From an uncultured Methanomassiliicoccus sp. (lineage in GTDB: Archaea; Thermoplasmatota; Thermoplasmata; Methanomassiliicoccales; Methanomassiliicoccaceae): 64,000 nt of DNA. Made by a program: the position numbers and the translations under genes. Position 1 is the stretch's first letter. Each line of letters begins with the position of its first letter. Location: the NCBI GenBank assembly GCA_964426205.1, contig CAYRPG010000005.1, forward strand, positions 44,574 to 108,573, given 5' to 3'. The notes beneath the pieces were generated by a model, which was not told the origin of the DNA, did no database searches, and saw nothing but the letters and a program-made list of their open reading frames with translations. Positions 1 through 9,606 of the stretch are shown here, piece by piece.

Positions 1-256
1 GATCCTCTTCTTCAGGTCTCCTATGCTCTCGATCGGCCTTGCATCTGGCACGGGCATACCGGCCCCGCTGCTATCACGGTTGATGGACTGGTCCACCGTT
101 AAGCGCCTCTCCTCTTGAGGAAGGTAACCTGCCCCCCCATGTAAAGGTGATTGTCTGGCGCTCTCGTTCCGAGAAGACCTCCGTCCCCGGAGCACTTCCG
201 AGGGAGGAAAGACCATTTAAAAAAGTTCAAGAGCCAGGAAATCCGGTATACTCGAC

Positions 257-838
257 GTGAACACCAAGTTCCTCTCCCCCAGGGTGGGGGCCATCAGCGG
301 GCTGATCGGTGCGGTGGCCTTCGTGGCCCTGTGGACGGCCGCGGCCTACCAGGACGGGCACTGGGTGCTCGGCAAGATGATGCTGAGCGAGCTGGGAGAC
401 CGCTCGCGCCCCGGCGCGATGCTGTTCAACGGCGGGGCCGTCATCGCCGGCGTGATGTCCCTCCTCTTCTCCATCGGACTCTACCGTGTGCTGTCCACCA
501 GCGCCCTTGGGCGCCTCGGCACTGCGACCATGGGGGTGGCGTCCGTCTTCCTCATAGGCGTGGGTGCGTTCCCCATCGACACTGGCATGCCTCACGAGGC
601 CGCTTCGCTGGGGTTCTTCTTCCTGGGGGCCGTGGCCATGGCCCTGATGATCCTTCCGGCGTGGAGGAGCCATGTGCTGCATCCCAGCGGTGGCCTGGTC
701 ACGGCCATCCTTTTGCTGGTGTCACTTGCCGGCCTGGTCCTGCTCCCCCTGGCGGCGGCGGAAGCGCTGTCCGTGGGATGCCTGCTGCTGTGGACCTCGC
801 TGATAAGCATCAGGATGCTCTGGCACCACCCGGCGTGA
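257..838 (+). CDS. polytopic membrane protein (DUF998-like, from memory)
   Basis: 193-aa ORF with about six hydrophobic segments and normal composition. The two ORFs overlapping it look like GC-rich frame artefacts. Confidence 0.55.
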   Translation: MNTKFLSPRVGAISGLIGAVAFVALWTAAAYQDGHWVLGKMMLSELGDRSRPGAMLFNGGAVIAGVMSLLFSIGLYRVLSTSALGRLGTATMGVASVFLIGVGAFPIDTGMPHEAASLGFFFLGAVAMALMILPAWRSHVLHPSGGLVTAILLLVSLAGLVLLPLAAAEALSVGCLLLWTSLISIRMLWHHPA

Positions 839-922
839 TCACAATTCCATGTGCGAGTGAACCTTCATGTACGGTAAGAGCGATCGCAACGGCTATGACG
901 CGTTGATGCCCAGCATCCCTCG

Positions 923-1330
923 TTGATCCTGACCCGCAAGGTCAAGCTGCTCCCGAACGAGGAGAGGCGTACCGCTCTCCAAGAGACGATGGGGCGGTTC
1001 AACGCTGCATGCGGCTTCGTTTCCGTCGCCGCCTTCCGCACCAAATCCGCGAACATGATCCGGCTGCAGAAGGAAGTTTATCACGAGATCAGGGACCGCT
1101 TCTCTCTGCCAGAGCAACCGGCCGTCCGCGCCATCGCTGAAGAATGCGAAGCGTACGAGCGAGACGGGACTCGGAACACCTCGCGCATGTGTCCGAGATG
1201 ATGACACGTCGATGCGAGCAATAGGAAAAACAGAGACGGCCTCATGTGCGTCCGGTGCGGGTTCGCTGACCTCGCCGATCGCACGGCAGCTTTGAAAATA
1301 GCTGCCAGGGGCCTTGTCAGCGGTCATGGT
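923..1330 (+). pseudogene. tnpB: internally deleted IS200/IS605-type TnpB (OrfB) relic
   Basis: The N-terminus MILTRKVKLLPNEERRTALQETMGRFNAACGFVS is typical of TnpB. The same frame hits TGATGA at 1199-1204, then resumes with the C-terminal zinc-finger/RuvC-III tail CVRCGFADLADRTAALKIAARG. About 300 aa of the RuvC core are missing. Confidence 0.6.
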
Positions 1331-1397
1331 GACAGGGGATTGTCCGAGCCACGTTGGTCAACCTCGGTCACAGGCCCACGAGCTCGATCGGAGCGGT

Positions 1398-2471
1398 TTA
1401 CATCTTGCCGCGATACCGGAAGGCGATGTTGCAGCCTCCCTCCCGGGAGACCATGCACGGCCCCATGGGGTATCTCGGGGTGCATGCCTTGCCGAACGCA
1501 GGGCACTCGTAGGACTCGATGAGCCCCCTGAGCATCTCGCCGCAGCGGCAGCCCCTGTTCTCCTCTCTCACCGGGGGACGGCCCTTCAGAATGTCCTCGT
1601 GGACCTTGCGGGCGTTGTGCTGATCGAACTCCTCCCTGAGGTCATAGGCGCTCTGGGGGATCATCGGGAATCCCCTCCAGGCACGGTCCACGGGCTTGAA
1701 GACCTGCTCCAGGAGCTTGATCGCCCTGGGGTTCCCCTCTGTCTTGACCAGCCGGCCGTACTCGTTCTCGATATCGGCCCTGCCCTCCTTGATCTGCTTG
1801 ACCAGCATGTGGACGGACATCAGCATGTCCAGGGGCTCGAATCCGGCGATCACCTGGGGGACCTTGTACTTGGTCGAGAACACGCGGTACGGCTCCACCC
1901 CGATGATCGCGCTCACATGGCCCGGCTCGATGAGACCGTCGATCCTGAACTCCCCCATGTTGATGATGGCGTGCAGCGCCGGGGGCAGGAGGCGGTGGCA
2001 GGAGTAGACGGAGAAGTTCTCCGGCAGCTTCTCCACCATCACCGCGGCGGTGGTGGGGCTGGTGGTCTCGAAGCCGATGCCCATGAAGACCATGTGCTTG
2101 ACCTCCGGGGCCATGCGCACGGCGTCCTCCACCGAGTAGACCACCCGGACGTCGCGGCCCCTGGCCTTGGCATCCCCGAGCGAGCCTATCGGTGTGGGCA
2201 CCTTCATCATGTCCCCGAAGACCGCGATGGTGCACCCGGCGTCCGCCAGCGCGATCGCGTCGGCGACCTCGGACGTGGTGGTAACGCAGACCGGGCACCC
2301 CGGTCCCTGCCTTATCTCGACGCCCACGTCCTTCAGGAGGGGGTCCAGGCCGAACCTGACCAGGGTGTCCTGATGGGTGCCGCAGACGTGCATGAAACGG
2401 AGGTTAACGTCCTCCCTGCGAATTGCATCCAGGATCCTCTGCGCCGCTCCTTCGTCCCTAAGCCGGAACAT
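1398..2471 (-). CDS. hypD: [NiFe]-hydrogenase maturation protein HypD
   Basis: 357 aa containing FMHVCGTHQD and GPGCPVCV motifs; collinear with HypD along its full length. Confidence 0.9.
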   Translation of the reverse strand: MFRLRDEGAAQRILDAIRREDVNLRFMHVCGTHQDTLVRFGLDPLLKDVGVEIRQGPGCPVCVTTTSEVADAIALADAGCTIAVFGDMMKVPTPIGSLGDAKARGRDVRVVYSVEDAVRMAPEVKHMVFMGIGFETTSPTTAAVMVEKLPENFSVYSCHRLLPPALHAIINMGEFRIDGLIEPGHVSAIIGVEPYRVFSTKYKVPQVIAGFEPLDMLMSVHMLVKQIKEGRADIENEYGRLVKTEGNPRAIKLLEQVFKPVDRAWRGFPMIPQSAYDLREEFDQHNARKVHEDILKGRPPVREENRGCRCGEMLRGLIESYECPAFGKACTPRYPMGPCMVSREGGCNIAFRYRGKM

Positions 2472-2844
2472 CTTCCTCCACCACCTTGATAGATCGTACC
2501 ATGCAGCTCTTGCCCTTCACCACTTCGACCCTGGAGCCGCACTTGGGACAGTTCAGGGTAGGAACGTTGGAGCTGTACATCTCGTCCTGGTAGTACTCTG
2601 CCTCTCCGCGATACCCGCACGAGGGGCAATGGACCTCCACGCCCTCATGCTCCACCACCAGCTTTGAGCCTTCCAGGATCGTCCCTCGGGTCAGGATCTC
2701 GAAGGCAAAGCTGAGCTGGTCCTCTCCAAGATAGGTCAGGTCCCCGATCGTCAGGAGGACCTCCTCTACCTTCTGGACCTTGTGGTCCTTGAGCTCGTCA
2801 AGGATGGCCTCCAGAATGCTGGTCATGACCCCGACCTCGTGCAT
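2458..2844 (-). CDS. hypA: hydrogenase nickel-insertion protein HypA
   Basis: Canonical MHEVGV start at 2844 and a CPSCG...CPKCG zinc site. Its 3' end overlaps the hypD start by 14 nt. Confidence 0.85.
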   Translation of the reverse strand: MHEVGVMTSILEAILDELKDHKVQKVEEVLLTIGDLTYLGEDQLSFAFEILTRGTILEGSKLVVEHEGVEVHCPSCGYRGEAEYYQDEMYSSNVPTLNCPKCGSRVEVVKGKSCMVRSIKVVEEDVPA

Positions 2845-2948
2845 CGGTTTGCCCAAGGGAGGCCAACTAGATAAATTGTACGCCAGATGCTCTTGTGACC
2901 ACGGCGTTATTCATCCACCCTTTCAAAGGCGTGTTTCCTGGCGACATT

Positions 2949-2957
2949 CTTTATAAT
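2949..2957 (+). promoter_or_regulatory. TATA-like box (CTTTATAAT) about 30 nt upstream of the ATG at 2985
   Basis: AT-rich octamer in an otherwise GC-rich spacer. The spacing fits a leaderless or short-leader archaeal mRNA. Confidence 0.3.
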
Positions 2958-2984
2958 CCTCCGGGGATACGAACCCCGTTCCCT

Positions 2985-3272
2985 ATGGCCAACGAGGAGC
3001 GTTCCCGCAAAGAGCTGACCCTTGAGTCGATCGTGGAGGGCAAGAAGATGGAGGCCTACGTGGAGCACCGCACCCGTGACATGCACGTCTGCGCTATCTG
3101 CGGGGGCATCGGATACAAGAAGAGGCCGATGAAGAGCGTGGGCGGACGCTGGTTCTGCATGGACTGCATAAGGCAGCTCAAGGACATCATGGACGGTCTG
3201 GAGAAGTGGGACGCCGAGGTCAAACTGGAGGCCGAGATGTCCAAGAAGATCGATGAGGGGCTGGGCCTCTAG
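2985..3272 (+). CDS. small CxxC...CxxC zinc-ribbon protein, function unknown
   Basis: Internal ATG of the 2895-3272 ORF (MANEERS...). Contains CAICGG...CMDC followed by a charged helical tail. Confidence 0.45.
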   Translation: MANEERSRKELTLESIVEGKKMEAYVEHRTRDMHVCAICGGIGYKKRPMKSVGGRWFCMDCIRQLKDIMDGLEKWDAEVKLEAEMSKKIDEGLGL

Positions 3273-3931
3273 TCCTTCCTGTTCTCGAGATATAGGTCGC
3301 AGAACTCCCTTATCGGGCAGATCTCATGCTTCGGGCGCAGGGGCGTGCATACCTCCTGGCCGAAGCGCACCATGAGCTCGTTGACCGTTCTCCACCTCTC
3401 GCGGGGAACGACCTCCTTCAGCTGCTCCTCCGTTCCCTCGGGATCGCTGCTCTTGACCAGCCCGATGCGGTTGGAGATGCGGTGGACGTGAACATCGACG
3501 CATATGGCGTCCTTCTCGAACGCGTAAGCGAGAACGCAGTTGGCCGTCTTCCTGCCCACCATGGGGAGGGCCATCAGCCCTTCGATGTCATCAGGGACGC
3601 GGTCCCCGAGGTCCTCATGGACTATCCTAGCGATCTCCCTGATCGCCCTTGCTTTACCGAGATGGAAGTTCACCGTGCGGATGAGCTCGTCGACATCCCC
3701 CTCGCTCGCGTTCATGAGCTTTTCAGGAGTATCGTACCTGGCAAAAAGCCTCTCCGAGGCAAGGTAGGTGCACTCGTCCCTGTTTCGCTGCGACAGCACC
3801 GTGGCGATGAGCATGGTGAACGGCGTGCGGTGCCACGACGGCTCCCGGCCGAGGGCGGTGCCCGGAGAGGCGCGCTCCCTCGAGCGGCGCTCCAGGCGGT
3901 CCAGGATCTCAATGATCGGCTTTCCTTCCAT
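3269..3931 (-). CDS. nth: endonuclease III (HhH-GPD base-excision glycosylase)
   Basis: 220 aa with an HhH-GPD core and a C-terminal Cys cluster, CTPLRPKHEICPIREFC. Confidence 0.85.
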   Translation of the reverse strand: MEGKPIIEILDRLERRSRERASPGTALGREPSWHRTPFTMLIATVLSQRNRDECTYLASERLFARYDTPEKLMNASEGDVDELIRTVNFHLGKARAIREIARIVHEDLGDRVPDDIEGLMALPMVGRKTANCVLAYAFEKDAICVDVHVHRISNRIGLVKSSDPEGTEEQLKEVVPRERWRTVNELMVRFGQEVCTPLRPKHEICPIREFCDLYLENRKD

Positions 3932-5198
3932 CCAACCACCTGTAGGCCTCTCCGATGGTATATAGCGAGCCGGTCACCAGGATGGTGTCCTCCGGGGATG
4001 CGAGCTCGAGGGCCCGGTCCAGAGCGTCCGCGACCCTGGGCCTCTCCTCCACCGTCGGGCAGTGGCGGCGCAGGGCCTCGGCCACCACGCCGGACGGGAA
4101 CGCCCTGGGCGTGATGGGCGCGGTCGCCACCGCGACCCTCGCGAGCGGGCCGAAATGGGCTGCGATGCCGGCGATGTCCTTGTCGTCGAGGACGCCCATC
4201 ACCAGGATGATGCGGTCTCCGATGAGCCTCCTGATCTCTGACGCGACCTCCCGCGCGCCGTCAGGGGTGTGGGTCACGTCGAACATGATCGAGGGGGTTC
4301 GGGACACGACCTCCATGCGCCCGGGCCACCTTACTTTCGCGAGGCCGTTAACGATGGCCTCGTCCGGAACGTAGGTCCCGCGCTTCATCAGCTCCACGAT
4401 TACGCCGCACGCGACCGCACAGTTCGACGCCTGATACCTGCCGATGAGCGGGACCCGCACCGTCGCGTCGATCTCATCGACGTGCACCACGGTGCCGTCC
4501 AGCGTCGAGGATACCGTCTCGAAGGATACGTCGCGGCCGACCACCTTGAGGGGGGCGCTCCTCTCCGCGGCCATGCGGCGGAACACGCCCATCACCTCCT
4601 CCTCCTGATCGATGGTCACGACCGGGACCCCGGGCTTTATGATGCCCGCCTTCTCGCCGGCGATCGCTCTCAGCGTGCTCCCCAGGTACCTTGTGTGCTC
4701 GAGGCCTATGCGGGTTATGGCGCAGCAGTCCGGGGTGATGACGTTCGTGGCATCCAGCCTGCCGCCCATGCCCACCTCGACCACCGCCTCCTCGACCCCG
4801 GAGTCGGCGAAGTAGGCGAACGCGATCCCAGTCGTGAGCTCGAAGAAGGTGAGACGCTCCTCCGGGGACGTGGTGCTCTCGGCGATCCCCCTGATCTCCT
4901 CGACGAGGCGCAGGAGCTCGTGCTCCGGGACCTCCTTGCCGTTGACGCGCATGCGCTCCCGGAAATCGACGAGATGGGGCGATGTGTAGAGCCCGGTGGT
5001 GTACCCTGCTTCCTGCAGCACCGATGCGGTCATAGCACTGACCGAGCCCTTCCCGTTGCTGCCGGCCACGTGCACAGAACGGAACCTCAGATGGGGGTCC
5101 CCCAGCTTGCCCAGCAGCCTGGTTATGTTCCCAAGGCCTAGCTTGATGCCCATCGTCTCCCGCCCATACAGCCAGGAGAGCGCATCCTTTTGGTCCAC
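3909..5198 (-). CDS. folC: folylpolyglutamate synthase/dihydrofolate synthase-type Mur ligase
   Basis: 429 aa with the P-loop VAGSNGKGS and an overall FolC-like layout. Confidence 0.75.
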   Translation of the reverse strand: MDQKDALSWLYGRETMGIKLGLGNITRLLGKLGDPHLRFRSVHVAGSNGKGSVSAMTASVLQEAGYTTGLYTSPHLVDFRERMRVNGKEVPEHELLRLVEEIRGIAESTTSPEERLTFFELTTGIAFAYFADSGVEEAVVEVGMGGRLDATNVITPDCCAITRIGLEHTRYLGSTLRAIAGEKAGIIKPGVPVVTIDQEEEVMGVFRRMAAERSAPLKVVGRDVSFETVSSTLDGTVVHVDEIDATVRVPLIGRYQASNCAVACGVIVELMKRGTYVPDEAIVNGLAKVRWPGRMEVVSRTPSIMFDVTHTPDGAREVASEIRRLIGDRIILVMGVLDDKDIAGIAAHFGPLARVAVATAPITPRAFPSGVVAEALRRHCPTVEERPRVADALDRALELASPEDTILVTGSLYTIGEAYRWLDGRKADH

Positions 5199-5220
5199 GG
5201 CCGCCGATGTCCTCCTTGAT

Positions 5221-5979
5221 TTAACTATGTTGCTCCGGTGCGAGGGACGCGAGATACTTCTCGACCGTGAGCCTCTCCTTCCTCGCCCGGGCCTTGAGGA
5301 CCTTCATGAACCCGGAGCCGTACTGGGCCGCCTTCTTCTCCCGGGAGGCGATAAGGTCCGATCCGACAGCATGGGCGGCGTCCCTGAGCGGGGCCTTCCT
5401 CACCCCTCCGCGTATCTTCTCGGCCACCGGCATGGAGGCGGCCAGCTTCCTCACCTCTGGATCGAGGAACGGCCGCTCCACCCTCTTGCCGTACCGCCCG
5501 GCGATCGCGTCCTCGAGCGGGAGAACATCGGAGAACATCCTGGCGAGATCGTCGACCATGGCCCTCTGGGCGTCCTCCGGGCCCATCTCGAGGTAGCGAG
5601 AGTACCCGCCGAACATCTCGTCCGCGCCCTGGCCGCTGATCAGGATCTCCTCCTCGGCCCGGGAGGCGATGATCTGGAGGGGCAGCTCGAAGGACACCAT
5701 CACCGGGCTCTTCGCCCTTACCGTCGAGAGCATCTCCCGGCAGGCGTTGATGATATCGTCGGCGCCCATGACGATCGGCGTCCACGGCAGGTCGAGGTGC
5801 CTGGCCGCCTCCTCGCCCATGGCCATGTCATGGGAGCCCTCCAGCCCCACGGTGTACAGGTGCGGCGTGCCGTGCCTGCTGGCCAGCGCGGCGATCAGCC
5901 CGCTGTCCAGGCCCCCGGAGAACATGATGGCCGCCGGCCCCTTGAGCATTATCCCCTCAACTGCCCCGTCCAGAGCCAT
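5221..5979 (-). CDS. asparagine-synthase C-terminal-domain-like PP-loop ATP pyrophosphatase
   Basis: SGGLDSG PP-loop motif. I chose the start at internal Met62 (MALDGAVEG) because the upstream extension runs into the nikR divergent promoter. Confidence 0.6.
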   Translation of the reverse strand: MALDGAVEGIMLKGPAAIMFSGGLDSGLIAALASRHGTPHLYTVGLEGSHDMAMGEEAARHLDLPWTPIVMGADDIINACREMLSTVRAKSPVMVSFELPLQIIASRAEEEILISGQGADEMFGGYSRYLEMGPEDAQRAMVDDLARMFSDVLPLEDAIAGRYGKRVERPFLDPEVRKLAASMPVAEKIRGGVRKAPLRDAAHAVGSDLIASREKKAAQYGSGFMKVLKARARKERLTVEKYLASLAPEQHS

Positions 5980-5986
5980 TACCAAC

Positions 5987-6014
5987 CCGTCCGACGTGCT
6001 AGACACCCGGACGG
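5987..6014. promoter_or_regulatory. perfect inverted repeat CCGTCCG-N14-CGGACGG in the divergent nikR spacer
   Basis: Read directly from the sequence. It lies between the divergent starts at 5979 and 6086. Confidence 0.3.
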
Positions 6015-6085
6015 AGAGGTACGAGGGGGGATATGGAACCATCTCCAAGGGGTTTATTATCGGCCTTCGCCATCGCAGGAACACC

Positions 6086-6535
6086 ATGGACAAGGTGACC
6101 CGCATCGGGATATCGCTCGAGCCGGAGCTGCTCAAGGAGTTCGACCAGCTGGTGTCGGGCAAGGGCTACACCAACCGCTCAGAGGCGGTGAGGGACATCA
6201 TACGGTTCGCGCTGACCGACGAGCGCTGGAAGGACAGCGAGGCGGACGTCGTGGGAACCATCACCATAGTCTACGATCATGGGAAGGGCACCGCTCAGGA
6301 CCGTCTGATGGAGATCCAGCACGGCCACCACGAGAACATCGTGAGCACCATCCACATACATCTGAGCACCGAGCAATGCCTCGAGGTGCTCATCGTCTGT
6401 GGAAAGGTGAAGGAGGTGCAGCATCTCGCGGACGAGGTGATAGCGGTCAAGGGCGTCAACTTCGGGAAGCTGACCATGACCTCCGGCTCGTTGGACCGTC
6501 AGCATCATGAGGTGACCCACCCTCACCATCACTAG
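6086..6535 (+). CDS. nikR: nickel-responsive regulator NikR (ribbon-helix-helix plus ACT-like domain)
   Basis: MDKVTRIGISLEPELLKEFD RHH N-terminus, then a His-rich metal site and a C-terminal HPHHH. It begins at an internal ATG of the 5669-6535 ORF. Confidence 0.85.
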   Translation: MDKVTRIGISLEPELLKEFDQLVSGKGYTNRSEAVRDIIRFALTDERWKDSEADVVGTITIVYDHGKGTAQDRLMEIQHGHHENIVSTIHIHLSTEQCLEVLIVCGKVKEVQHLADEVIAVKGVNFGKLTMTSGSLDRQHHEVTHPHHH

Positions 6536-6609
6536 GCCAGCACAAGAGATGCCATCGCGGTGCCGGTAGCCGATGAGCATTATTTTTTATACTCCGTGCT
6601 CTTTGGTCG

Positions 6610-9051
6610 ATGGCCATGAGCAGGCTTATCATCTCGGAGAAGAGCGATGCTGCTGCGAGGATCGCCACGATCCTGTCCAGAGGCGGCTCGAAGAGGATCA
6701 GCATCAACAAGGTGCCGGTCTTCCAGTTCGAGGATGATGGCGGGCCGGTTCATATCATCGGGCTGAGGGGTCACATCATAGAGCTTGACTATCCGGCGGC
6801 CCTTAATGATTGGCGGGGCGTGAACCTGGCCGACCTGATCAAGGCCGAGCCGGAGAAGCGCATCACCGCTCACAACATCGTGTCGACGCTCCGTGACATC
6901 TCCAAGGATGTCGACGAGGTCGTCATCGCGACCGACTTTGACCGCGAGGGAGAGCTCATCGGCCTGGAGACCGCCAGGCTGCTGGACCTTCAGGGCAAGA
7001 AGGTAGGCAGGGCAAGGTTCAGCGCGTTCACCCGCCAGGAGATCGACACCGCCTTCGGCTCGCTCACCGAGCCGGACGAGAGGCTGGCCGATTCGGCGGA
7101 GTGCCGCCAGAAGATCGACCTGGCATGGGGCGCCGTGCTCACCCGGTTCATCTCCCTGGCCTCCAACCAGGGAGGCAGTAACTTCCTGTCCGTGGGCAGG
7201 GTCCAGAGCCCCACGCTCGCGCTCGTCGTGGCCAGGCACAAGGCGATAGAGGAGTTCGTACCAAAACCCTACTGGAACGTCAACGCCCGGTTCGAGAAGG
7301 GCGCGGAGTTCACTGGCCATCACGTCAAGAACCCCTTCAATGAGGAGGCCAAGGCCGCGGAGGCCCTCGCCAACTGCAAGGGACAGGAGAAGGGGAGGGT
7401 GACCCGGTACGAGAAGAACGAGAAGGACGAGTATCCCCTCCCCCCGTTCAACACCACCATGCTCCTCATGGAGGCGAACAAGCTCGGCTTCACCGCCGCC
7501 AGGGCCATGAAGATCGCCGAGGACCTCTATACTGCCGGCTACATATCATATCCAAGGACGGACAACACCGTATACCCGACATCGCTCGGGCTGCGCCGCA
7601 TCCTGGAGAAGCTCAAGGAGTCGGAAGACCTGAAGAAGGAGGCCGAGGAGCTCCTGCAGCAGGAGCACATAAGGCCGTCCCGGGGCAAGGTCCAGACGAC
7701 CGATCACCCGCCTATCTATCCGACCGAGGCGGCGACGAGCAAGCAGCTGAAGGGGGAGAAGTGGGCAATATACGAGCTTGTGGCCCGGAGATTCATGGCC
7801 ACCGTGGCCCCGCCGGCGAAGGCCCAGCTGTCGAGCGCGTCCATCGACGTCAACGGAGAGGTGTTCGACTCCAAGGGCTACAAGCTGCTCTTCCCCGGCT
7901 GGAAGAAGTACTATCCATATTTCAAGGTCAACGAGATCGATCTGCCAGAGCTTGTGGTGGGCGAGGACGTCGCGCTGAAGGAGGTATCTTCGGACAAGAA
8001 GATGACACAACCGCCGGCGCGCTACTCCCAGGGAAGCCTCATCCAGGAGATGGAGAGGCTCGCGCTGGGCACCAAGTCCACGAGGCACGACATCATCCAG
8101 AAGCTCTACGACCGCAAGTACGTGGAGGGCAACGACCTCATACCGACCGCCAGCGGCGTTGCGGTGGCCGAGGCGCTGATAAAGCACGCACAGATCGTCA
8201 CCGACCCGAAGATGACCGCCCACCTGGAGCAGGACATGGACGACATCGCCAACGGGAAGGCCGCCCTGGACGAGGTCGTGGAAGAGTCGCAGGACATGCT
8301 CTCTGACATCCTGGATACGATGGAGGACCACCGCCAGCAGATCGGCGATGAGATCAGGAAGGCCATCGAGGAGCAGCACTACATGGGCAAGTGTCCCGAT
8401 TGCGGCTCGGACCTCAAGGTGATAAGGGCCAAGTTCGGGAAGCCCTTCGTCGGCTGCTCCAGCTACCCCGACTGCAAGCGCATCTATCAGTATCCGCCGT
8501 CCGCGCTGGTCCAGGCGACCGGCGAGGTGTGCGAGGTGTGCAGATCCCCCATGGTCCGCGTCGTACGCCGCGGCCAGCCGCCACAGGTGCAATGTCTCGA
8601 TCCGGCATGCGAGAGCAACCGGGAGAGGACGACCGTCGGCGTCTGCCCCAAGTGCGGCAAGGACCTCCGCGTCCTGTACTCGAGAGCGGGCAAGCGTTTC
8701 CTGGGCTGCTCCGGATATCCTGACTGCAAGCAGACCTATCCCCTTCCGCAGTTCGGCAAGTTCTCCGCTACCGGTGAGAAGTGCGAGCAGTGCGGAGCGC
8801 CTGTCCTCCAGATCTGGATGAGGGGGCAGTCGTGGAGGTCCTGCGCGGACATGGACTGTCCCTCCAAGAACAAGGAAAAGAAGGAGGGAGCGAAGAAGGC
8901 CGCTCCGAAGAAGAAGGCCACCGCGAGCAAGACGGCGGCGAAGGAGACGACCGCCAAGAAGACCGCGGTGAAGAAGGCCGCTGCCAAGAAACCGGCGACG
9001 AAGAGGTCGGCCAAGGCTGAACCCGCTCCCGCCCCCGCGACCACCCAGTGA
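6610..9051 (+). CDS. topA: DNA topoisomerase I (type IA) with multiple C-terminal zinc ribbons and a Lys/Ala-rich tail
   Basis: 813 aa: Toprim N-terminus, type IA core with an active-site region motif (GYISYPRTD), several C4 ribbons, then about 60 aa of a KKAA-type tail. Confidence 0.9.
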   Translation: MAMSRLIISEKSDAAARIATILSRGGSKRISINKVPVFQFEDDGGPVHIIGLRGHIIELDYPAALNDWRGVNLADLIKAEPEKRITAHNIVSTLRDISKDVDEVVIATDFDREGELIGLETARLLDLQGKKVGRARFSAFTRQEIDTAFGSLTEPDERLADSAECRQKIDLAWGAVLTRFISLASNQGGSNFLSVGRVQSPTLALVVARHKAIEEFVPKPYWNVNARFEKGAEFTGHHVKNPFNEEAKAAEALANCKGQEKGRVTRYEKNEKDEYPLPPFNTTMLLMEANKLGFTAARAMKIAEDLYTAGYISYPRTDNTVYPTSLGLRRILEKLKESEDLKKEAEELLQQEHIRPSRGKVQTTDHPPIYPTEAATSKQLKGEKWAIYELVARRFMATVAPPAKAQLSSASIDVNGEVFDSKGYKLLFPGWKKYYPYFKVNEIDLPELVVGEDVALKEVSSDKKMTQPPARYSQGSLIQEMERLALGTKSTRHDIIQKLYDRKYVEGNDLIPTASGVAVAEALIKHAQIVTDPKMTAHLEQDMDDIANGKAALDEVVEESQDMLSDILDTMEDHRQQIGDEIRKAIEEQHYMGKCPDCGSDLKVIRAKFGKPFVGCSSYPDCKRIYQYPPSALVQATGEVCEVCRSPMVRVVRRGQPPQVQCLDPACESNRERTTVGVCPKCGKDLRVLYSRAGKRFLGCSGYPDCKQTYPLPQFGKFSATGEKCEQCGAPVLQIWMRGQSWRSCADMDCPSKNKEKKEGAKKAAPKKKATASKTAAKETTAKKTAVKKAAAKKPATKRSAKAEPAPAPATTQ

Positions 9052-9186
9052 GCCCGCTCCTCATTGACCTCCCAGGCAGTGGAAGGAATCCAGGGCGGTC
9101 TATCATCGCCGCTGCACCGCGCTCGTGGCCCGCCGTGCCCTGGCATCAAGGCCGGCATTCGTGAGATGGCCTTGGCTTCGAACCGA

Positions 9187-9606
9187 TCAATGCTTCTTTC
9201 TATGCCATACGTCGTCAGCCAACGAATCGTACACTGAGTCCTTGTTCGCACCATCGGTCGCAACGGTCCTGCCCTCGATCAGCTCCCGGATGCGCTGCCT
9301 GCGCAACAGCCAGTAATGGATCCTCCATTCCCTTCCGTCGTACAGGGAGATCTCTTCCATCTCGGTGGTCAAGATCCCGCGGTCCTCGAGCATGTAGAAA
9401 AGGTCCCTGTCTACCGGCTCCAGGATGTTGTCGACCACCCGATCGCTGTGACCGAAGAAGTTGAGGATGCGATGGGCCATCTCCTTGGCCTGGTCGTTGG
9501 GCATCTCGTCCTCTTCGATGCTGTTCCTGATCGCGAGCGCCAGCTCATCCAGAGTAATGGCGTGGTGGTCAACTGGCGATTCCCTTGTTGCCATGTTCAT
9601 CCCCAT
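9187..9606 (-). CDS. hypothetical protein
   Basis: 139-aa ORF with normal, acidic-helical composition. A TATA-like box lies in the AT-rich spacer upstream. Confidence 0.5.
   Translation of the reverse strand: MGMNMATRESPVDHHAITLDELALAIRNSIEEDEMPNDQAKEMAHRILNFFGHSDRVVDNILEPVDRDLFYMLEDRGILTTEMEEISLYDGREWRIHYWLLRRQRIRELIEGRTVATDGANKDSVYDSLADDVWHRKKH

Noticed and set aside
1-57. Possible start of a minus-strand gene (MPVPDARPIESIGDLKKRI...) running off the left edge
   Set aside because: Only 19 codons are visible, which is too little to support a call.
1314-2489. 391-aa plus-strand ORF
   Set aside because: It is antisense to hypD, and its Arg/Gly/Pro/His/Asp-rich low-complexity composition is typical of shadow ORFs in high-GC DNA. 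hypD on the other strand has clear family motifs.
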